Source: an uncultured Aquirufa sp. (GTDB taxonomy: Bacteria; Bacteroidota; Bacteroidia; Cytophagales; Spirosomataceae). From it: a stretch of 64,000 nucleotides of DNA. The translations under genes and the position numbers were made by a program. The stretch spans positions 3,577 to 67,576 of the forward strand of contig CAZUAZ010000001.1 of assembly GCA_964618445.1 (NCBI GenBank), in the 5' to 3' direction. Below are positions 39,700-49,700 of this stretch, piece by piece. The stretch's first letter is position 1. Each line of letters opens with the position of its first letter. A model generated the notes under the pieces. It searched no databases. It had not been told where the DNA came from and worked only from the letters and a program-made list of their open reading frames with translations.

Positions 39700-40029
39700 A
39701 TGCAATCGATTCCAGAAGTATTACGTACAATACCACTAACTCATTACATTCTTGTAAGCTCCGCTTTATTCTGCATTGGAATTTTAGGAGTTTTGACCCG
39801 CCGCAATGCAATTATTGTATTCATGGCCGTTGAGCTCATGCTGAATGCTGTCAATTTATTGTTGGCTGCATTTTCATCTTATTTTTCAGATCCAGCAGGT
39901 CAAATTTTTGTCTTCTTTATTATGGCAGTTGCCGCGGCTGAAGTTGCTGTAGGCCTAGCCATTATTGTTATGATTTACCGAAACATTCAAAGTATTGATA
40001 TCGGTGTGCTTAATAAATTAAAAAATTAA
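39700..40029 (+). CDS. nuoK: NADH-quinone oxidoreductase subunit K
   Basis: RRNAI...ELMLNAVNL and [10 protein letters not shown] motifs. Confidence 0.95.
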   Translation: MQSIPEVLRTIPLTHYILVSSALFCIGILGVLTRRNAIIVFMAVELMLNAVNLLLAAFSSYFSDPAGQIFVFFIMAVAAAEVAVGLAIIVMIYRNIQSIDIGVLNKLKN

Positions 40030-40059
40030 TTCCAGCACACATTCAATCAGCCTAATCAT

Positions 40060-41940
40060 ATGTCATTATTCTATTTAATTCCATTGCTTCCGTTTATTGG
40101 TTTTCTCGTAAATGGACTCGCATTCCCCAAATTAAATAAGCAATTAGCCGGTATAATCGGAACCATTCCACCTGTGGTGGCTTTTGCTTTATCCTTGCAA
40201 TTATTTTTAAATTTTGACGGTCAAACGCAGATTTACACATTAGCCGAATGGATTAAATTGGGCGAATTGTCTATTCCATTTGCTTTTCAAGTAGATCAGT
40301 TGTCCCTCCTAATGCTGCTCATTATTACGGGTGTTGGGACGTTAATTCATGTGTATTCGATGGGCTATATGGCGCATGATGCAGGTTTGGGTAAATTCTT
40401 TGCCTTTTTGAACCTGTTTATATTTTTCATGTTGATACTGGTTTTAGGTGCTAATTTCACTGTGCTGTTTATTGGCTGGGAAGGGGTAGGACTTTGCTCC
40501 TATTTATTGATCGGATTTTGGAACCAGAAAAATAGTTACGGAGATGCGGCGCGTAAAGCGTTTATTATGAATCGTATAGGTGACTTAGGATTCTTAGTGG
40601 GTATCTTCTTACTAATTCAAGATTTCGGAACAACGGATTATACGGCTATTTTTTCAGCCATCAGCGAAGGTAATGTTCCTGAAAATGTAGGCTTAATTGC
40701 TTTCTGTTTGTTTATCGGCGCCATGGGTAAATCCGCGCAAATTCCGTTGTTTACTTGGCTACCTGATGCCATGGCTGGTCCTACGCCAGTTTCGGCATTA
40801 ATCCACGCGGCAACGATGGTAACGGCAGGTATCTACATGGTCATCCGTGCCAATGTATTGTTTGAGTTAAGTCCTGACGTATTGCATTTTGTTGGCTGGA
40901 TTGGCCTTGCTACCGCTTTACTCGGTGCGGCGATCGGTTTATTCCAAAACGATATCAAAAAAGTATTAGCCTATTCTACGGTATCCCAATTAGGCTACAT
41001 GTTTATGGGATTAGGTGCCTCAGCTTATACGGCATCTTTCTTTCACGTCATGACGCACGCATTCTTTAAGGCCTTATTGTTCTTAGGGGCAGGTTCTGTG
41101 ATTCATGCGATGTCCGATGAGCAAGACATCCGTAAAATGGGTGGTCTAAAAAGTCACTTACCTATAACTTACATTACATTTTTGTTAGGAACTATTGCTA
41201 TTGCGGGTATACCTCCTTTTGCAGGTTTCTTCTCCAAAGATGAGATATTAGCTAGCTTATACCATCACGATCCAATTATGTGGTGGTTGGCGATCTTGGG
41301 TTCAGCCATGACGTCATTCTACATGTTCCGCGTATTTATTTTAACATTCTTCGGTGAATTCAGAGGTTCGCAAAAACAAGCAGACCATTTGCATGAATCG
41401 CCGTGGACAATGACGCTGCCATTGATTTTTTTAGCCATTTTCTCAGTCGGAGGTGGGATCATCAATTTGCCACATTTTGCAGGAGGAAATGAATTTTTAG
41501 CCCATTGGTTAGCCCCACTACTTCCTGCAGCTGGTGAGGCCGCCGAAGTTAATTTCCTAAGCTTAGAAGGAGGCGCGCCACTATTAGCTGCATTTTTACC
41601 TGCGGCGCTGGCAATCTACGTTTTTGGTATGCAGAAATCTGTCCCAGGATCAGATGAATCAGTGACTGGAATTCAAAAAGTTATATACCATAAATTCTAT
41701 ATCGATGAATTGTATGACATGCTGATTGTTCGCCCAATTAGCCTTTTGAGTAATTTCTTGCATCAAATTTTCGAGTTTTTAGTTTTGGATTTAATCGTTG
41801 AGGGCGTAGGCAAAGTTGTTCAATATGCTTCTACAGAATTCCGACGGATCCAAACAGGGAACGTAGGCTACTATATTTTTATGATTGTTATTTCAGTAAC
41901 TGTCATTTTATTTTTGGGTCTAAAGACTTGGATTTTATAA
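40060..41940 (+). CDS. nuoL: NADH-quinone oxidoreductase subunit L
   Basis: GWEGVGLCSYLLIGFW, KSAQIPL..WLPDAMAGPTPVSALIHAATMV and HAFFKALLFL motifs. Confidence 0.97.
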   Translation: MSLFYLIPLLPFIGFLVNGLAFPKLNKQLAGIIGTIPPVVAFALSLQLFLNFDGQTQIYTLAEWIKLGELSIPFAFQVDQLSLLMLLIITGVGTLIHVYSMGYMAHDAGLGKFFAFLNLFIFFMLILVLGANFTVLFIGWEGVGLCSYLLIGFWNQKNSYGDAARKAFIMNRIGDLGFLVGIFLLIQDFGTTDYTAIFSAISEGNVPENVGLIAFCLFIGAMGKSAQIPLFTWLPDAMAGPTPVSALIHAATMVTAGIYMVIRANVLFELSPDVLHFVGWIGLATALLGAAIGLFQNDIKKVLAYSTVSQLGYMFMGLGASAYTASFFHVMTHAFFKALLFLGAGSVIHAMSDEQDIRKMGGLKSHLPITYITFLLGTIAIAGIPPFAGFFSKDEILASLYHHDPIMWWLAILGSAMTSFYMFRVFILTFFGEFRGSQKQADHLHESPWTMTLPLIFLAIFSVGGGIINLPHFAGGNEFLAHWLAPLLPAAGEAAEVNFLSLEGGAPLLAAFLPAALAIYVFGMQKSVPGSDESVTGIQKVIYHKFYIDELYDMLIVRPISLLSNFLHQIFEFLVLDLIVEGVGKVVQYASTEFRRIQTGNVGYYIFMIVISVTVILFLGLKTWIL

Positions 41941-41961
41941 TCTTTAATCGACGCTAAAGGC

Positions 41962-43413
41962 ATGTATTTACTTTTTATTCTTTTATTTCCACTTGCACTA
42001 GGTAGCTTTTTACTACTAGCTAAACCTAAAAATGCATTTGTCATTTCCTTAACTGGGTCAATCATTGAGGCGATTGCAGTGGCATATGTGTTGATTCAAT
42101 CAAGTCAGTCTCCTAATGCACTCACTATTTCCTATCCATGGATTCCAGAAGCAGGGCTTTCATTTTCACTTTGGGTAGATGGGATTAACGGGATATTGAT
42201 TGGATTGACCGGTCTTTTAATTCCATTTATTGTAGGTAGCACGGCAAATACAGAAAAAGCCAATAATCCTGTTTATCAAGGATTAATCTTAACCATGCAA
42301 ACTGCTTTAATAGGATCCTTTTTAGCGAAAGATGCATTCTTATTCTACTTTTTCTTTGAAGCATCCTTGTTGCCCATTTATTTCCTTTCAGCAAAATTTG
42401 GCGGAGAAAATCGCATTGCCATTACATTTAAGTTTTTTGTCTACACACTCTTTGGTTCGCTATTCTTGTTGATCGGCCTAATCTACGTGTATCTGCGTAC
42501 ACCGGGTGCAGTAGGTTCCTCGGATATCGATGTACTGATTGAGACGGCGCGAAGTTTACCTGCGACTTCTCAAAACTATTTGTTTCTAGCATTCTTTATT
42601 GCGTTTGCAATCAAGATGCCCATTTTCCCTTTCCACACGTGGCAACCAGATACCTACACAACTTCCCCAGCACAAGGAAGTATGTTGCTCGGAGGAATCA
42701 TGTTAAAAATGGGTACCTATGGCGTGATTCGACTTGTATTACCCATGTTCCCATTGGGACTCATCACGTGGGGAACAAGCGTTATGATTCTTTCCATCAT
42801 TGGTATTATTTATGGTTCAATTATCGCAATCCAACAAAAAGATGCAAAGCGTTTAATCGCTTATTCTTCTTTTGCACACGTAGGGCTTATGTCGGCAGGT
42901 ATATTAACCGGTAGTTTGGCAGGGATTCAAGGAGCTTTGTACCAAATGCTTTCGCATGGTATAAATATCGTGGGATTATTTTTCATCATTGAAATCATTG
43001 AACGCAGAACAAAAACACGCGAACTAGCACAATTAGGAGGAATTACACAAGCATCATACCTGTTGAGCGTGGCATTTGTTGTCTTAAGCTTAGGCTCTGT
43101 TGCCTTGCCGTTAACGAATGGATTTATCGGCGAGTTTTTATTATTAAAAAGTGTCTTTGATCAAGACATGTGGATGGGAATAATTGCTGGGATTACCATC
43201 ATATTGGGAGCGGTTTACACATTACGCTTAATTCAGAAAAGTATGTTTGGTAATGTTTCGCGTATGACAAAAGAATTTGAAGATTTAACATCAGCAGAAA
43301 AAATGGTCTTAGTGCCGCTAATTATCCTTGTACTCTTGGGCGGAATTTTCCCTCAAACCGTACTTAATTACAGCGCAGAAAGCGTGGAGAAATTAACGCA
43401 ATTACTTAACTAA
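41962..43413 (+). CDS. nuoM: NADH-quinone oxidoreductase subunit M
   Basis: FFEA, KMPIFPFHTW, LKMGTYG, IAYSS and FIGEF motifs. Confidence 0.95.
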   Translation: MYLLFILLFPLALGSFLLLAKPKNAFVISLTGSIIEAIAVAYVLIQSSQSPNALTISYPWIPEAGLSFSLWVDGINGILIGLTGLLIPFIVGSTANTEKANNPVYQGLILTMQTALIGSFLAKDAFLFYFFFEASLLPIYFLSAKFGGENRIAITFKFFVYTLFGSLFLLIGLIYVYLRTPGAVGSSDIDVLIETARSLPATSQNYLFLAFFIAFAIKMPIFPFHTWQPDTYTTSPAQGSMLLGGIMLKMGTYGVIRLVLPMFPLGLITWGTSVMILSIIGIIYGSIIAIQQKDAKRLIAYSSFAHVGLMSAGILTGSLAGIQGALYQMLSHGINIVGLFFIIEIIERRTKTRELAQLGGITQASYLLSVAFVVLSLGSVALPLTNGFIGEFLLLKSVFDQDMWMGIIAGITIILGAVYTLRLIQKSMFGNVSRMTKEFEDLTSAEKMVLVPLIILVLLGGIFPQTVLNYSAESVEKLTQLLN

Positions 43414-43432
43414 GATCTATAACGCATCTATT

Positions 43433-44830
43433 ATGACGGCTATTATTGCTTTATCAATTTTTGGAATTAGTAATCTATTTTTAGGTTTTTGGCTTTCAAG
43501 AAAAACCATTCAAACATTCACGTTAGGTTTTTTAGCCATTAGCATGGGCTTAACAGTGGCGGATTGGAATCATGAATATCTGTGGTTCGGTAATATGTTC
43601 CGCTCGACGAACACCTCGATTAATTTTAGTATCATAATTCAATTAGCTGCGTTTTTTGTCGTTGCATTTTCGAACGCATTTGGCCAAGATGACGAACATA
43701 CGCATCCGGCTGAATACTATGCCATCATGTTATTCTCGGTTGTAGGTGCTATTCTCATGGTTTCCTTCGACCATTTAATCATGCTGTTCGTAGGCTTGGA
43801 AATTCTTTCTGTTTCCATGTATGTTTTGACAGGCTCCGACAAACGTAATTTACGATCTAATGAGGCTGCAATTAAGTATTTGTTAATGGGGGCTTTTGCT
43901 ACGGGTATTTTACTATTTGGCATTACCTTAGTTTATGGAGCTACGCGCTCATTTTATGTTGCCAATATAGCCAATGCGATTGCAAGTACTCCGAAAGAAT
44001 CTATGCCAACATTCCTCTATGCAGGTATTTTGCTTATGCTTGTAGGTATGCTTTTCAAAGTTTCAGCAGCTCCTTTTCATTTTTGGACGCCAGATGTATA
44101 TGATGGGGCGCCCACTATCTTTACGATGTTTATGTCCACAGTCGTGAAAACAGCAGGTTTTGCGGCATTATTTCATGTATTTTCAGGCATGTTTGGTGGG
44201 TTATATAATACGTGGGCACTGCCAGTATATTTTATAAGTATGTTGACCTTAGTGGTCGGTAATGTGACGGCGGTATTCCAACAAAGCATGAAGCGCATGT
44301 TAGCCTATTCTAGTATCTCACACGCGGGATATATGTTGATGACGGTATGTTCCAACCAGGCCACGACGACATCGACGATACTTTATTATTCATTAGCTTA
44401 TACATTGGCAACAGTAACAGCTTTTGCGATTTTCAAAATCGTTTCAGAATACCAAGCAGGCCGGGTGGAAAAACCCGAAAACTTTCAAGCTTTTGAAGGT
44501 TTGGCAAAGCAGAATCCATTACTAGCATTTTGCTTGACTATATCACTATTATCGCTTGCAGGTATACCATTAACGGGTGGATTTTGGGGAAAGTTTTTTG
44601 TTTTTGTAGATACGTTCCACCGGAACATTACCTATTCAATTATCGTAGCTATATTAATGTCGGCCGTAGGTATTTACTATTATTTCAAAGGAATCATTTC
44701 TGCTTATTTTAAAACGAGCGAAATGGAAACGATTCAAATCCCCGTTTTATATAAATTAGCTTTAGTTATCAGTACAGTAGGAACACTTGTACTAGGTCTT
44801 TATCCTACATTCGTTAAAACTTTATTTTAA
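43433..44830 (+). CDS. nuoN: NADH-quinone oxidoreductase subunit N
   Basis: EAAIKY, FKVSAAPFHFWTPDVY.GAP and KRMLAYSSISHAGY motifs. Confidence 0.96.
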   Translation: MTAIIALSIFGISNLFLGFWLSRKTIQTFTLGFLAISMGLTVADWNHEYLWFGNMFRSTNTSINFSIIIQLAAFFVVAFSNAFGQDDEHTHPAEYYAIMLFSVVGAILMVSFDHLIMLFVGLEILSVSMYVLTGSDKRNLRSNEAAIKYLLMGAFATGILLFGITLVYGATRSFYVANIANAIASTPKESMPTFLYAGILLMLVGMLFKVSAAPFHFWTPDVYDGAPTIFTMFMSTVVKTAGFAALFHVFSGMFGGLYNTWALPVYFISMLTLVVGNVTAVFQQSMKRMLAYSSISHAGYMLMTVCSNQATTTSTILYYSLAYTLATVTAFAIFKIVSEYQAGRVEKPENFQAFEGLAKQNPLLAFCLTISLLSLAGIPLTGGFWGKFFVFVDTFHRNITYSIIVAILMSAVGIYYYFKGIISAYFKTSEMETIQIPVLYKLALVISTVGTLVLGLYPTFVKTLF

Positions 44831-44842
44831 GCAGCTATTGAT

Positions 44843-45334
44843 TTGAAGAAGCAAACCAGCCTATTTAATCGCAAAGATTTACTCGCATACTTTATCATTG
44901 CGGGAATTGGGGCTGTGATTCAATTATTAGCAGGAGGATTATTGAAGGATTGGTTTCGTATGTCATACGAATCTACCATTTTACCCGCTTACTTCGTTTC
45001 GCTGATCGTAGGCTTTATCCTAACCAAATTATTTGCATTTAATGCGCGTCAGACAAAACAGACGCAGCGCGAAATGATTAAGTTCTTACTCGTTGCCACA
45101 TTTTCGGGATTTGTAACTTGGATTTTTAGCGTCATGCCTTATTCCATTATTTCGCGTTCGTATGCTGACTATTTCGTTCAAATACCATACTCCATTAAAC
45201 GCATTAATGTAACGCAAGTGGGAACTACCGTTAATGGAATGGGATTTAGCTTTATGTCGAACTATGTTTTACACAAATCCTTCACCTTCAAAAGCAGCGG
45301 GTTTTACGACCGATTTAAGGATTTAATCAAGTAA
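44843..45334 (+). CDS. GtrA-family membrane protein
   Basis: Four TM segments, with F.F..KF and terminal NY...K.FTF pattern. TTG start. Confidence 0.7.
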   Translation: MKKQTSLFNRKDLLAYFIIAGIGAVIQLLAGGLLKDWFRMSYESTILPAYFVSLIVGFILTKLFAFNARQTKQTQREMIKFLLVATFSGFVTWIFSVMPYSIISRSYADYFVQIPYSIKRINVTQVGTTVNGMGFSFMSNYVLHKSFTFKSSGFYDRFKDLIK

Positions 45335-45482
45335 ACTTGCCATATTTTCTCCACGTATTATACTCAATCTTAAGTAAACCTTAAGATTTCTTAAAAATAG
45401 AACTTGATTTCTAGCAAAATGAGGCACTTTTTGGCAAAATAATCGCCAAACCTTAAAAAAATCTTAAAAAAAATTGCAAATC

Positions 45483-45514
45483 TTTGGGGAATCTAAATTT
45501 TCCTACTACTTTTG
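45483..45514 (+). promoter_or_regulatory. Promoter for the small lipoprotein
   Basis: TTTG-N20-TACTTTTG. Confidence 0.8.
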
Positions 45515-45541
45515 GAACTCAAACCTTAAAATATTACAAAA

Positions 45542-45715
45542 ATGAAAAAAGTATTCGCTTTAGCTTTCGTTGCTGGTATGGTAACTTTAGCATCTTGTGG
45601 TGAGAAAAAAACTGAGGCTGCTGCTGATTCAGTTGCTGTTGATACTGCTGCTGCTGCACCAGTTGATTCTGCTGCTGCTGACACTGCTGCTGCTGACACT
45701 GCTGCTGCTAAATAA
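45542..45715 (+). CDS. 57-aa Ala/Asp-rich lipoprotein (not in ORF track)
   Basis: Read directly as MKKVFALAFVAGMVTLASCGEKKTEAAADSVAVDTAAAAPVDSAAADTAAADTAAAK. Lipobox LASC, with its own promoter and terminator. Confidence 0.9.
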   Translation: MKKVFALAFVAGMVTLASCGEKKTEAAADSVAVDTAAAAPVDSAAADTAAADTAAAK

Positions 45716-45737
45716 TTTTAGCCAAGCTACTCAAAAG

Positions 45738-45765
45738 AGTCCTTCACTTGTGGAGGACTTTTTTT
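45738..45765 (+). terminator. Intrinsic terminator
   Basis: AGTCCTTCAC/GTGGAGGACT stem followed by a T-run. Confidence 0.82.
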
Positions 45766-45775
45766 ATTCCCCCGA

Positions 45776-46396
45776 ATGACGAAAAGCAAAAAAATAGAAT
45801 CATTCTTTGATCACTTCCCCCCTGAAGTGGCTGAATATTGCTTTCAGTTATGGCAAGACCATCCATTCGACTTCATTGTTTCAAAAGCACGCGGTACGAA
45901 ACTTGGTGACTTCCGCTATTCTCCTACCAAAGGCTATCAAATTACGGTCAATCACAACTTAAACCCGTATGCTTTTTTAGTCACTTACATACATGAAGTG
46001 GCACACCGGGTGACATACGATATCCATAAAAGTAAAGTAAACCCACATGGAAGCGAATGGAAACGTAATTTCTATGAACTATTTGAGCCTATTTTAGACG
46101 AGGAATTATTACCCGCATCGCTCGTTCAAGTATTAAAGAAATACCTTCAAAACCCAGCCGCTACCTCTACAGGCTATACCCCACTTGTGAATGTATTAGC
46201 AACATTCGATTCCCATCCAGCCATAGGTACTCGGCTTATTGATTTAGAAGAAGGAACTGTGTTCCAACTAAAAAACCTGATCCTCATCAAAGGGAAACTT
46301 CGCAGAACACGCTACATTTGTCAAGACACTCAATCAGGGAGAAACTATCTAGTTGCCAAAAACGCATATGTACAACCGCAAGAACCTTTGGCGTAA
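45776..46396 (+). CDS. SprT-like zinc metallopeptidase domain protein
   Basis: R.TKLGDF, HEVAH and PHGSEWK motifs. Confidence 0.85.
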   Translation: MTKSKKIESFFDHFPPEVAEYCFQLWQDHPFDFIVSKARGTKLGDFRYSPTKGYQITVNHNLNPYAFLVTYIHEVAHRVTYDIHKSKVNPHGSEWKRNFYELFEPILDEELLPASLVQVLKKYLQNPAATSTGYTPLVNVLATFDSHPAIGTRLIDLEEGTVFQLKNLILIKGKLRRTRYICQDTQSGRNYLVAKNAYVQPQEPLA

Positions 46397-49300
46397 ATTC
46401 AAGTTTATTGGCATTTTACTCGTTGGACTACCCCTTGCAACCTATTCGCAATCTCCTTTCAAACAAGGTACTTGGCATCGGATAGCGATTGCTAACTCCG
46501 GATTCTATCGAATCGATCAAGCGTGGTTGCGTAAACAAAATATTACTGGAGACATCCGGAACATCGGACTCTATACAGCTGCGCCCGGAATGCTTTTGCA
46601 AGATCCCGCAAAATCGCCCACAAATAACTTGTATCCAGTTCCGGCTTCCTTAGAAGAGTCAGGCCAACTAATTTTTTGGGGAGAATCACCAAATGAACTT
46701 CAATTTGACACAAAATCTACTTCCTGGAATCAAACAACACATGCATATTCCGACTCTAGCTATTATTATTTACGCACAGACGACCCAAAGCCCCTGCGCA
46801 TTAATTTAGTAAGACCATCAAAGGGTAATGGAAGTCCACTCAACTTCGCCACCACACTTTCACGTTACGAACCGGAAAAGAATAATCTCATACAATCCGG
46901 ACGTATCTGGCTGGGAGATGCCCTTTACGGATCAGGAAATTTAGCCCTACAATATGCGCTAAAAGATGTTCAAGATGGTTTACCTGCAGAGCTAAAAGCT
47001 CGGTTTTATGCAGGCGCTACTAGCGCAAGTAAATTCACACTATCTATTCCAGGGAATAGCCCCATTTCAGCCGAAATTCCAGCAATATCCGGAAATAGAT
47101 ACGATCAAAAAGCATTTTTTTCAGATGTTAAACAGCCCATCAATGTGGCTCCAGTTAGCTCAAATTGGAATTGGAATATCTCCTATCAAGCAACTTCAGG
47201 AACTGGATATGTAGATTATATTCAGCTTACTTATGCCCGAAAATTTAATGCCAATACGGAGCTACCACTTTACTTGTTTACCAATACACGAGATACAACG
47301 GCCAACTTACAAATACCGAATTTGCAACCTACCAGTCTGATTTGGTTTAAAAATGGACAAAATGATTGGCAAAAAATACAAGCTCCTGGAACAGAGATGG
47401 AAATTCGTATTTCTCCTGGAAGCCAATTAGCCCTCGGAAATACAAGCCTGGCGTCATACCCTGTTTTGCGTGATCGGATTTCGAATCAGGACCTCCTGGC
47501 GCAAGATCCAAAACTACAACTCATTATCATTACAAGCCCGCCTTTACGCTCGGCTGCAGAAAAACTGGCTAAATTCAAGTCAGACATCCAAAAAATTCCT
47601 ACCCAAACAGTTACAACCACCCAAATTTACCATGAATTTTCAGGAGGGAAACAAGATGTGAGTGCCATAAGAAATTACTTACAAGCATTGTCTAAGCAGA
47701 CAGCTTTGCGGTATGTATTAATTTTAGGTGATGCCTCGATAGACTACAAAGGCAAATCGGCCGTTGCCAGTGCCCTGGAAAAAAGCTGCTATGTACCTAC
47801 CTATCAAAGTCTCGAATCCACGCAACCACTCATGAGTTATTCATCAGACGATTACTTTGGAATTATAGATTCGCAAGCTGGTGACTGGGAAAATACACAA
47901 CCGAATCTCCAATTGGCTGTTGGTCGAATTCCTTCAAAGAATCCCGATGAGGCGAACATGTTCGTTCAAAAATTAACTGACTACCAAAGCAAACCATCAG
48001 TAGCCACCAAACGGCCCTATCGATTTAGCTGGGTTGCAGATGACGGTGATTTTTCGATTCACATGCAAGATGCGGAAGACTTTTCGACCAGTATGCAATC
48101 GAGTAATTTGGCATTCGATTATCAGAAAACTTATTTGGATCAATTCCCCATGGAAGTTACGAATGGTCAATTCACCTCTAATGCTGCCAAAAAACAAGTG
48201 CTTTCCCTATTTGCACAAGAAGCCGATTTCATCCATTTTGTTGGCCACGGTTCCGAAAGTGGATGGACTGATGAAAAAATTCTAACCAACAATGATCTTG
48301 TTGGCCTAAAAAATAGTCAAAACCTTCCCATCTTACTTACGGCAACTTGTCAGTTTGGTCGGTTCGATGATCCTAACCAACTTTCAGGAGGAGAAATAGC
48401 CTTGCTTTCTCCGCAGGGAGGATCTATTGCACTAATCAGTACAACAAGACCAGTATTTCAAAGTAGTAATTACTTGTTTGGGAAGGCGTTTTACAGCTTT
48501 TTAAAAGCAAATCTTAGAAACTCGGAATACCGGCTAGGTGACTTGTTTCGAGATACAAAAAATGCCAGCAAAACCGGAGTCATTAATCGGAACATCAGTT
48601 TGCTGGGAGATCCGAGTAGCCCTTTACCTTGGCAAAGTTCCCAGATTATTATTTCGGCCGATGGTGATAATTATACGGCTAAATCAGAAAGTCCGGCCGA
48701 CGGCCAAGTGACGGCCTACTATTATTCCGAAAACTCGAAAGTAAAAACGCTAGGCACAAAAGGCGATGCCTTTAGCTATTTGGCTCCAGGAAAACTCATA
48801 GGCAAGTCGGCGCATACCATGAAACAAGGCAATGTATCTATCTCGGGAAACAGTATTCCTTCATCAGGGGGGAAAATAGAGCTAAAGCTTATTGGCCAAT
48901 CGAATACAGGCATGCCCATTTCTGGATACCAACTGGTTGATAAAAAACAAACCACCCTACCAGATACAAAAGCCCCGGTTATACAAATTTCATTTCCTGA
49001 TGAACCCAAGCAAAATAAAGTCTCTTCCAATCCGATGGCACTTATCAATATTTCAGATGAACAAGGACTGCGCTGGCTAGGGCCCATGAATGAACCAGCC
49101 TATTTGACACTAAATGATACGCTACGAATTCCCATATTACCTTTTTGGGAGCCCACGGTAGATTTACCCAATCAAGGTAGCATGCGCTATCGACTAACAA
49201 ATTTGTCTCCTGGCGCCTATACATTACGTGTGAATTGTTGGGACACTAACAATAATGCCGGCCAACAATCGTTGACATTCACGGTAGAAGAAAATTCATC

Positions 49301-49598
49301 AAGTCGGCAGCGTTGGATCTTATTCCCGAATCCGGCTAAAGTAAAAATGACTTTCCGAACAGAGGTAACCCGAATTTGGAGCAGCGATCGATATGAACTT
49401 GAGATTTTTAATTTGATGGGTGAAAAAATCTATACGCAAGCTGGTAGTTTAACTCCTTTCGGCGGGCAAGAGTCGGGATTTGAGTTTTCGGTGGATATGC
49501 TAGGAACAGGATTTGTGGGCTTTGTTAAGATAAATATACGTGACAGTCAAGGTAAAATCATCGAAACAGTTAAATCTAAAATATTGACCCTAAAATAA
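46368..49598 (+). CDS. porU: Type IX secretion sortase PorU (C25 gingipain-like)
   Basis: EFSGGKQDVSAIR, SSDDYFG, VGRIP, catalytic FVGHG and TATC, LLGDP, and a C-terminal CTD. Directly upstream of porV. Start uncertain (46353 or 46368). Confidence 0.88.
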   Translation: MYNRKNLWRKFKFIGILLVGLPLATYSQSPFKQGTWHRIAIANSGFYRIDQAWLRKQNITGDIRNIGLYTAAPGMLLQDPAKSPTNNLYPVPASLEESGQLIFWGESPNELQFDTKSTSWNQTTHAYSDSSYYYLRTDDPKPLRINLVRPSKGNGSPLNFATTLSRYEPEKNNLIQSGRIWLGDALYGSGNLALQYALKDVQDGLPAELKARFYAGATSASKFTLSIPGNSPISAEIPAISGNRYDQKAFFSDVKQPINVAPVSSNWNWNISYQATSGTGYVDYIQLTYARKFNANTELPLYLFTNTRDTTANLQIPNLQPTSLIWFKNGQNDWQKIQAPGTEMEIRISPGSQLALGNTSLASYPVLRDRISNQDLLAQDPKLQLIIITSPPLRSAAEKLAKFKSDIQKIPTQTVTTTQIYHEFSGGKQDVSAIRNYLQALSKQTALRYVLILGDASIDYKGKSAVASALEKSCYVPTYQSLESTQPLMSYSSDDYFGIIDSQAGDWENTQPNLQLAVGRIPSKNPDEANMFVQKLTDYQSKPSVATKRPYRFSWVADDGDFSIHMQDAEDFSTSMQSSNLAFDYQKTYLDQFPMEVTNGQFTSNAAKKQVLSLFAQEADFIHFVGHGSESGWTDEKILTNNDLVGLKNSQNLPILLTATCQFGRFDDPNQLSGGEIALLSPQGGSIALISTTRPVFQSSNYLFGKAFYSFLKANLRNSEYRLGDLFRDTKNASKTGVINRNISLLGDPSSPLPWQSSQIIISADGDNYTAKSESPADGQVTAYYYSENSKVKTLGTKGDAFSYLAPGKLIGKSAHTMKQGNVSISGNSIPSSGGKIELKLIGQSNTGMPISGYQLVDKKQTTLPDTKAPVIQISFPDEPKQNKVSSNPMALINISDEQGLRWLGPMNEPAYLTLNDTLRIPILPFWEPTVDLPNQGSMRYRLTNLSPGAYTLRVNCWDTNNNAGQQSLTFTVEENSSSRQRWILFPNPAKVKMTFRTEVTRIWSSDRYELEIFNLMGEKIYTQAGSLTPFGGQESGFEFSVDMLGTGFVGFVKINIRDSQGKIIETVKSKILTLK

Positions 49599-49700
49599 AT
49601 TTTGACAAAGATTTTTTTCAAATTTCAAACAATTACCTTAAAAATAACTATTTTTGAATCTAGCTTTAATGCTAAGAGACTCTCTTATAAATTTAATACA

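Noticed and set aside
45597-45779. 60-aa Leu-rich ORF in the track
   Set aside because: It is an out-of-frame shadow of the GCT-rich lipoprotein gene at 45542..45715 and runs through the terminator.
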